From: a virus
Lineage: Duplodnaviria > Caudoviricetes
Strand: one strand, 5' to 3'
Length of the DNA stretch: 64,000 nt
IMG/VR virus record: IMGVR_UViG_3300028591_000078
Location: 160,001-224,000 of that record
Below are positions 57,863 to 64,000 of the stretch, piece after piece (the first letter of the stretch is position 1; each line of letters starts with the position of its first letter). The translations under genes and the position numbers were made by a program. The notes beneath the pieces were generated by a model, which saw only the letters and a program-made list of their open reading frames with translations, was not told the origin of the DNA and searched no databases.

Positions 57863-60506
57863 GTGTCTAGGAAGACAGACATAACAAATACAACACTAGA
57901 GGAAGAGATAAAAAATTATGGAAACTCTATAGTTTCTATAGATGACCCTGTCCAAGCAGTGCGTCAAATAGCAGATGTCTATATTGGGGCACTTGGAAAC
58001 CCCGCCTTTTTGACTATGACTAGAGAGATCATTCAGAACTCATTTGATGAAGATATGAAAGGTTTTTCTAGTAGTAGAAACGTTTATGTATGGTTTGATG
58101 AACGTGATCTGAGAGTTACTGTCCAAGATTCTGGTCGAGGAATTCCTGAAGGAATGATCGATACATTATTTGGAAAACTTCACTCGTCCTCAAATTATAA
58201 TAAAAAGCCAGGTGAGTATTCTGCAGGTAAGAATGGTCAAGGTGGTAGCTTAGTTAATATGCTGTCACATACATTTACTGTAGATACATTTGTTCTTGGG
58301 AAAGGAAGACATGCTGAGTTTATTGAAGGACATATGTGGAAGAAGGGAGAAGTTCCTATTCCTAATTCTGAAGGTAAACAAGGTACAATTATAAGCTTCG
58401 TACCTAACCAGGATGTTATAGGTCAGTTGACTATAACTTGGTTAGATGTATATAAACTTATAGAAGTCATTATGCCTGCAACCAGAATAGGTCTGAATAT
58501 ATTTATGGAGTTCATTGATAAGAATGGTAAACTTCATAAAGAATCTTTGACTAATACTGATGGTATAATGCATCACTTGTATAATATGACTCAGTCTCCT
58601 CTCATTAAGCCAATCTTAATGAGCGCTGATACTGGATATTTCAAGGCAGATATAGCATTGACTTATGATAGTACAATGACTTTTACAGATGAAGAAATTA
58701 TAGGATTATGTAATACATGTCCTACTGTAGGAGGATCTCATATAGAAGGTCTTCTTAATGGTGTATGTAACTTCTTCCGTAAGTATATGAATAATATATT
58801 CCTTGCTGGACAGAAGTCTAAGAAACCTCTCACTGTAATGAATTCTGATATAAAGGCTGGACTCAAAGCAAGTATATCAGCATTCTGTCTTAAAGCGTCT
58901 TATACAGGTCAGTCAAAAGAAGTTCTCTATGTTCCTGAAATGGTGCCTTTCGTATCAGGATTGGTTACTAAAGAACTTGATAACTGGGCTAAGACTAATC
59001 CGAACGACTTAAAGAAACTCTGTCAGTATTTCAAAGATATTGCAGAGGTTAGAAGTAAGTCTGAAGAAGGTAGAGTAAAACTCTCTACTAAGTATGCTAC
59101 TAGTGTAATTGGTGGATTACCTAAGAAGTATGTAAAACCGAATGGTAAAAAGAATCTTGAACTCTTTATAGTTGAGGGAGATTCAGCTCTTGGTCCTGCC
59201 AGATTAGGTAGAGATCCTGAGAGGCAAGGTATATTCCCTATAAGAGGAAAAATATCTAATGCTATAACAACTCCAAGAGATAAGTTCTTACAGAATGAAG
59301 AAGTAAGTGCTATTCTTAATATCTTGGATGCTGGATATGGTAGATCTTTTGATATCAATAAATGTAAGTTTGAAAAGGTAGTAATGATGTGTGATGCAGA
59401 CCCTAGACCGTTGGGGCTTCGGGGAGCGATCCTCGTTGAAAAATCTCTTTAACTGCTGGAAGTGTCTAATGCTTGATTGACTACAACATAGCTTGAAAAG
59501 GCAAGTGTGAATGTGACGAAAGTCGGAAAGAACTAATCAAGATAGTATATGAGGATAGTAACTCTAAGTACTTTATAATGTACTGATCAGCAGCCAAGAT
59601 CCGCTAAGGATAAGGTTCAACGACTAGTTGAAAAACGTAGGGCCGAAAGGTTCGAAATGGGAGACATCTCTATGAGATGATGATATAGTCTAACCAACAA
59701 TGTTGGACGGCAATCACATTAGATCATTACTTCTCCGCTTATTCTTGCTTTATTGTGAACCATTAGTAGCCTCTGGAAGATTATATGGAGCAGTTCCGCC
59801 TCTGTATAATATGACTAAGAATGGTAAGAATGTATACTTCACTGATATGAAGGACTACATCGATTATGTACAGAAAGAGTTCATGAAGAACAATGTAATC
59901 TGTGATGTAAATGGAAAGCAGTTACCTTATGCACAGCTTTCTAGAGTACTCAGAGATAATATGTATTATGTAGAAACTCTGGAGAATACTGCAACAACCT
60001 TTGCAATAGATCCTGTTCTCTTAGAGATCGTCCTTATTAATAAGGATATGCCTTTCAATAAGTTTAAAGCTTATATTGAAAAGCTCTATAGATTTGTAAC
60101 TGTATCTAAGAATGGTAATACAGTTATCATATCTGGTATAGTAAATGGTCTTATGGATAATATCTTCCTTGATGATCGTTTACTTAGTTTCTGTGGATCT
60201 ATACTGCAGGCTATCAAACATTCGCCAAACTACTTTATTATGAATGGGCAGATGGTTTCTTTGTATGGATTGCTTAAAGCATTTGATACTACAAAGCCTC
60301 CTCATATAGAACGTAATAAAGGTCTTGGTGAGATGGACCCTGACCAGTTATCAGAATCAACCCTGTACCCTGGATCTAATAGAACTCTGATTAGATATAC
60401 TGTAGAGAATATCAAGAAAGAGATCGAACAGATTAGATTCATTGATGGTAACAGATCCGAACTTCTGAAGGACGTAAAAGTTACTAAGGAAGATGTGCTT
60501 GGATAA
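57863..60506 (+). CDS. gyrB: type II topoisomerase GyrB/ParE-like subunit, spliced: join(57863..59404,59706..60506)
   Basis: EIIQNSFDE, DSGRGIP, VEGDSA, PIRGK and KGLGEM motifs; splicing restores DADP|DGNHI. Confidence 0.9.
59405..59705 (+). mobile_element. group I self-splicing intron (301 nt, no homing endonuclease)
   Basis: 5' exon ends in U and intron ends in G; P aactgctggaa (59451), Q atcagcag (59586), R gttcaacgacta (59615), S atgatatagtc (59680); IGS ccgttgggg pairs with both exons. Confidence 0.9.
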
Positions 60507-60518
60507 AGGAGAACAACT

Positions 60519-60989
60519 ATGGATGAACAGCAAACAACTGGCTTTTATATTGAATCAAATCCTGTAACACTTGTAGGTACTGGAGTAGAGGCTACTGATT
60601 TCATAGAACAGATTAAAAAGCAGGATGCTACAAATCAGAAGATCTATAATAAGATCAATAAGGTTAATACTAATCTTACAAAGACTCAGAAACAGCTCAG
60701 TGAGACTATTAAACTTATGGAGTCTGCTGGAAATGTCATTCACGATCAGGGTGAGAATATAGAATCACTTCTGAATGTGGTTGAAAAGCAGCAGGATAGT
60801 TTGACTGAGATCGTTAATCAGATGGCATATATGAAAGAATGTGATAATACACAGCTTCAGGCTATCAATGCTATAGATAAAAAGACAGGTAAAGAGTTAG
60901 TAAAGCTTTATGGTTTCTCTATCTTTGTAGTAGCATTAAATATTGTTGAATTCTTTCTGGTAGCATTTCATATAGGACTGATTAAGTGA
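60519..60989 (+). CDS. coiled-coil protein with C-terminal TM anchor
   Basis: Heptad-rich body, hydrophobic C-terminus. Confidence 0.65.
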   Translation: MDEQQTTGFYIESNPVTLVGTGVEATDFIEQIKKQDATNQKIYNKINKVNTNLTKTQKQLSETIKLMESAGNVIHDQGENIESLLNVVEKQQDSLTEIVNQMAYMKECDNTQLQAINAIDKKTGKELVKLYGFSIFVVALNIVEFFLVAFHIGLIK

Positions 60990-61107
60990 TAGATATAAAC
61001 AGGTGGTTTCTACCACCTGTTTTCTTTTTTGTAAATCTTATTATTTTGAGTTGCATATTATAATGATGTATTAGGTTAAAGACATTAAATTAAAAGGAGG
61101 AATACTT

Positions 61108-61662
61108 ATGGCTTATCCTAATTTAAAAAATGTATACTCATTGATGGCTAAGTTCGATGATTCGCTCGAAGTTCTTGGTTATCATGATAGAACCGAAAAA
61201 GAGAGAATCATGGATTATCTCTACAAAGAAAGTAATTATGATCTCTATACGAATGACACAGAAGAAGAAATCTGGACTGCTATCGAAGGCTTGTCTGATA
61301 ATATTAAAAATCAGGCAGAATATGCAAGTAAAATAAGGAATCTTATCGATACCTCAGGACTGCCCAAATCATCCTGCGAGCATGTAAGGGATAATTTTGA
61401 AAAGGCAATCAAATTAGATTGTCCTTATGTAGTAGTAGCATACCTCTGTGGTGAAATAATAGGGGTGATGGCTCATACTCCCACAAAAGACAAAAGCAGC
61501 ACTTCTCAGAAGAAAGCAAGGCAGGACGGTATAGGGGCTATATATGATTATATGGAACTTGTACTTCCTGTAAGCGTATTTGACGAGCTCTTCATGGATA
61601 AGAAGGAAGCTCCCTATAAGGTCGAGGATACTAATACTACTGTATCCGAGGAAGAAGAATAA
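61108..61662 (+). CDS. hypothetical early protein
   Basis: AGGAGG RBS; early motif at 61054. Confidence 0.7.
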   Translation: MAYPNLKNVYSLMAKFDDSLEVLGYHDRTEKERIMDYLYKESNYDLYTNDTEEEIWTAIEGLSDNIKNQAEYASKIRNLIDTSGLPKSSCEHVRDNFEKAIKLDCPYVVVAYLCGEIIGVMAHTPTKDKSSTSQKKARQDGIGAIYDYMELVLPVSVFDELFMDKKEAPYKVEDTNTTVSEEEE

Positions 61663-61719
61663 GCAACAATTCAGCATCAGGATAACTCCTGATGCTGATA
61701 AATTTTCAGGAGGTAAAAA

Positions 61720-61923
61720 ATGGCTGTTAAAAAATGGAAGATCTACGGACAACTCAACCACGATGCTCAGAAAGTAGTTACCATAGAGGTAAAGGCAAAT
61801 GGACGTCGTAAGGCTGAGGAAAAGGGTGAGGATATGATGAAGAAGAAGTTCAAAGCATCCTTCACATCTGTCCTCAAAGTATGCCAGATCGATGATGATG
61901 GCAATGAGATAAAGGAGGTCTAA
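61720..61923 (+). CDS. small hypothetical protein
   Basis: AGGAGG RBS. Confidence 0.65.
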   Translation: MAVKKWKIYGQLNHDAQKVVTIEVKANGRRKAEEKGEDMMKKKFKASFTSVLKVCQIDDDGNEIKEV

Positions 61924-61924
61924 T

Positions 61925-62887
61925 ATGAATATAGCAGTCTTTCACCATACAGATTTCGATGGGTATGGTTCAGCGGCTGTTATTTATAACAGCCACTTAA
62001 TCAAGGAAGATGAATTCAAGTCGATATCATTTATTCCTGTCAACTATAATGATAAACTCGTTAAGTGCGATAGGATTGATGAATTCGATGAAGATGATGA
62101 TACTAATATCATCTATATCGTTGATCTGTCACTGACAACTCTTGATAGCCTCAAGGAAGTTCAGAAGATGATCTCTAAATATAACTGCAAGGTTGTATAT
62201 ATTGATCATCATGTAACCTCTATCGAAGCCTGGAAAGATTATATCAACTATCCTGAACTCAGCGTTCTGAGAGAAGCAGAAGAGTCAGGACAACTTGAGA
62301 AGATACTCGATATAAACAGATCAGGCGCCTGGCTAGCTTATGATCATCTTATCGGTAATGATTATCCTGATATAATTACCTATATAGATGACTATGATCG
62401 CTGGGTGCACAACTACCCTGAATCAAAGATGGCTAACACGGCATTCTATGCATCCACCAATCTTACAGATCCTACTGATGGGGTATGGAGTGATATGCTT
62501 GCTGATGATACAGAAACTGAAGGCTTTGTTGAAAAAGGCAGAGCTATTATGGAATATGTAGCATCTAATAATAAGCGCTACAGAGACTCATATATGTATC
62601 AGAGTACTATAACAGATGAGAATGGGAAAACATACCCTTGTGCAGTACTCTCATATAAGACAAATTCAGATGTCTTTGGTGCAGCATATGATGAGTATCC
62701 GATCGTAGTAGCCTGGGCATTCGATGGTGAAAGGTTCGTATATTCATTATACTCGAACCTCAAAGATCCTAATATCAACTGTGCGGCTATAGCCAAAATG
62801 TATGGAGGTGGCGGTCATACAGGTGCTGCAGGATTCACATCTGATACTCTCTTATTCAAAGGAAGTCTGAAGCTTAAGGGGTTTTAA
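61925..62887 (+). CDS. DHH-family phosphoesterase (DHH/DHHA1)
   Basis: HTDFDG, IVD, IDHH and GGGGHTGAAGF motifs. Confidence 0.85.
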   Translation: MNIAVFHHTDFDGYGSAAVIYNSHLIKEDEFKSISFIPVNYNDKLVKCDRIDEFDEDDDTNIIYIVDLSLTTLDSLKEVQKMISKYNCKVVYIDHHVTSIEAWKDYINYPELSVLREAEESGQLEKILDINRSGAWLAYDHLIGNDYPDIITYIDDYDRWVHNYPESKMANTAFYASTNLTDPTDGVWSDMLADDTETEGFVEKGRAIMEYVASNNKRYRDSYMYQSTITDENGKTYPCAVLSYKTNSDVFGAAYDEYPIVVAWAFDGERFVYSLYSNLKDPNINCAAIAKMYGGGGHTGAAGFTSDTLLFKGSLKLKGF

Positions 62888-62970
62888 TTATAACGATGCA
62901 CATAACTATTCATTAGAACACGTTTGTACGTCGTTTAAATAAATTAATTATATTGTAGGAGGAATCTGAG

Positions 62971-63441
62971 ATGGGATTTCAGAAAACAAACAACAATAAC
63001 GGCAAAAAGTTCGTCAAAAAGGAAAAGCCTAAGACCTTTACAATAACATATCCGATGGATATGTCTGGGACGCAGGGAGATAGGCAGTATGATACAGAGA
63101 CTCTTGTAGCACTTCTTAAGAGTGTGCCGTGGGAGAAAATCTCTTTCCCTATCAGCTGCGCTAAGGATCTGGTCTTTGAAGATCAGAATAAGACTGGCAC
63201 TACAAATGTCGGCTATGTAAATTCAGTTGAGGCTAAAGAATCTAAAGAGGGTACAGAGGTATATCTGACTTGTACAATCTTCCCGAAGAATGTACCTTCA
63301 ATCGAGAAACTTACATGCCCTTATGTATGGCCTAAAGTAAGGACCAATCGTTCTGGTGAAGTAGAAGTGATTATAAGCTTCGAGATCATGAATGATGATA
63401 GTTCTGCTACTTCTTCTACTGAAGAAACACAGAATAACTAA
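62971..63441 (+). CDS. hypothetical protein
   Basis: AGGAGG RBS; late promoter matches at 62904 and 62917. Confidence 0.7.
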   Translation: MGFQKTNNNNGKKFVKKEKPKTFTITYPMDMSGTQGDRQYDTETLVALLKSVPWEKISFPISCAKDLVFEDQNKTGTTNVGYVNSVEAKESKEGTEVYLTCTIFPKNVPSIEKLTCPYVWPKVRTNRSGEVEVIISFEIMNDDSSATSSTEETQNN

Positions 63442-63560
63442 CAACATACACCAGCAGGTTTCGGCCTGCTGGTTATTTTTTGTATTGATTATATACTATA
63501 GATGTGGAAATATAGTGATTCAAAAACTATATATTAATCATTTTAAAGGAGTATAGAATC

Positions 63561-63929
63561 ATGGCTAAATTTGAAAAGTTATCAAAGACAAACCGCATAT
63601 ATGATATGGTAGAAAATTTTAATATACAATATGCTGAAGTTACTCATCCTGATAAGCCATTTAGAGTGATTTCCGCATCTGATGATATGAAAAAGGCTAA
63701 AGGTAATAAGTATATGGTATGCATAACTTATACAGATACTCCTTGTTATATAACTATTATAGACACTATTGCAGATAATGAGTATAATAAACCTCTTAAG
63801 AATGTCACTGCTAGTTTCTATCAGGATACATTAGTATTATCTGATTATCTAGACAATACAATTATAGATAGTATAGCATTCATAAAAATAAATATGGAAA
63901 GTGAGGACAAAAACAATGCCAGCGATTGA
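63561..63929 (+). CDS. hypothetical protein
   Basis: AAGGAG RBS; early motif at 63490. Confidence 0.65.
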   Translation: MAKFEKLSKTNRIYDMVENFNIQYAEVTHPDKPFRVISASDDMKKAKGNKYMVCITYTDTPCYITIIDTIADNEYNKPLKNVTASFYQDTLVLSDYLDNTIIDSIAFIKINMESEDKNNASD

Positions 63930-64000
63930 TAAGAATCTTAATTTTCCTGCTGGAGCTCCACTGCTCGAATACTTTATAAATATGGTAAGAGGACAAGGTG
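63916..64000 (+). CDS. 5' end of a hypothetical protein (partial)
   Basis: GAGG RBS, MPAIDKNLNFP.., open to window end. Confidence 0.45.
   Translation, partial: MPAIDKNLNFPAGAPLLEYFINMVRGQG

Noticed and set aside
57863-60506. gyrB as pseudogene or natural two-gene split
   Set aside because: The gap has complete group I intron hallmarks and splicing restores the catalytic motif in frame
1-64000. Stop-codon reassignment
   Set aside because: Conserved genes are intact in the standard code, and TAA, TAG and TGA all terminate genes

Overview
This is an AT-rich window from a jumbo bacteriophage, most similar in organisation to the phiKZ/AR9(PBS1)-related group. The host is probably a Firmicute, judging by AGGAGG RBSs, an Amidase_2 endolysin with holins, a CD1375/XkdX-like gene and an HPr-like gene. 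The window holds tandem early paralog arrays, a 2852-aa repetitive tail fibre, a lysis cassette and virion proteins. Replication/recombination genes are a PD-(D/E)XK nuclease, SbcD/Mre11, DnaB, Dda/RecD and a GyrB-type topoisomerase split by a 301-nt group I intron in its TOPRIM motif. Two phage promoter motifs recur: AAC[A/T]-N6-TA and ATAYTAT. The most striking unexplained system lies at 38.6-50.6 kb: ten small genes in alternating orientations share only an N-terminal M[AS][IVL][YW][AV]NE[ND]G peptide followed by variable bodies, and are likely swappable tail-fibre tip adhesins. Each is preceded by a conserved, covarying long palindrome whose asymmetric GT-TT(T)-AC centre forms a late-promoter match in one orientation only. 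Leaders and bodies appear shuffled, one leader module occurs inverted, and one palindrome loop occurs flipped. A remote non-coding element at 32.4-32.6 kb carries sequence complementary to these leaders and start codons. A second, highly structured ~340-nt candidate ncRNA sits between a late promoter and a terminator at 53.0-53.4 kb. All assignments come from reading motifs by eye; no database searches were run.
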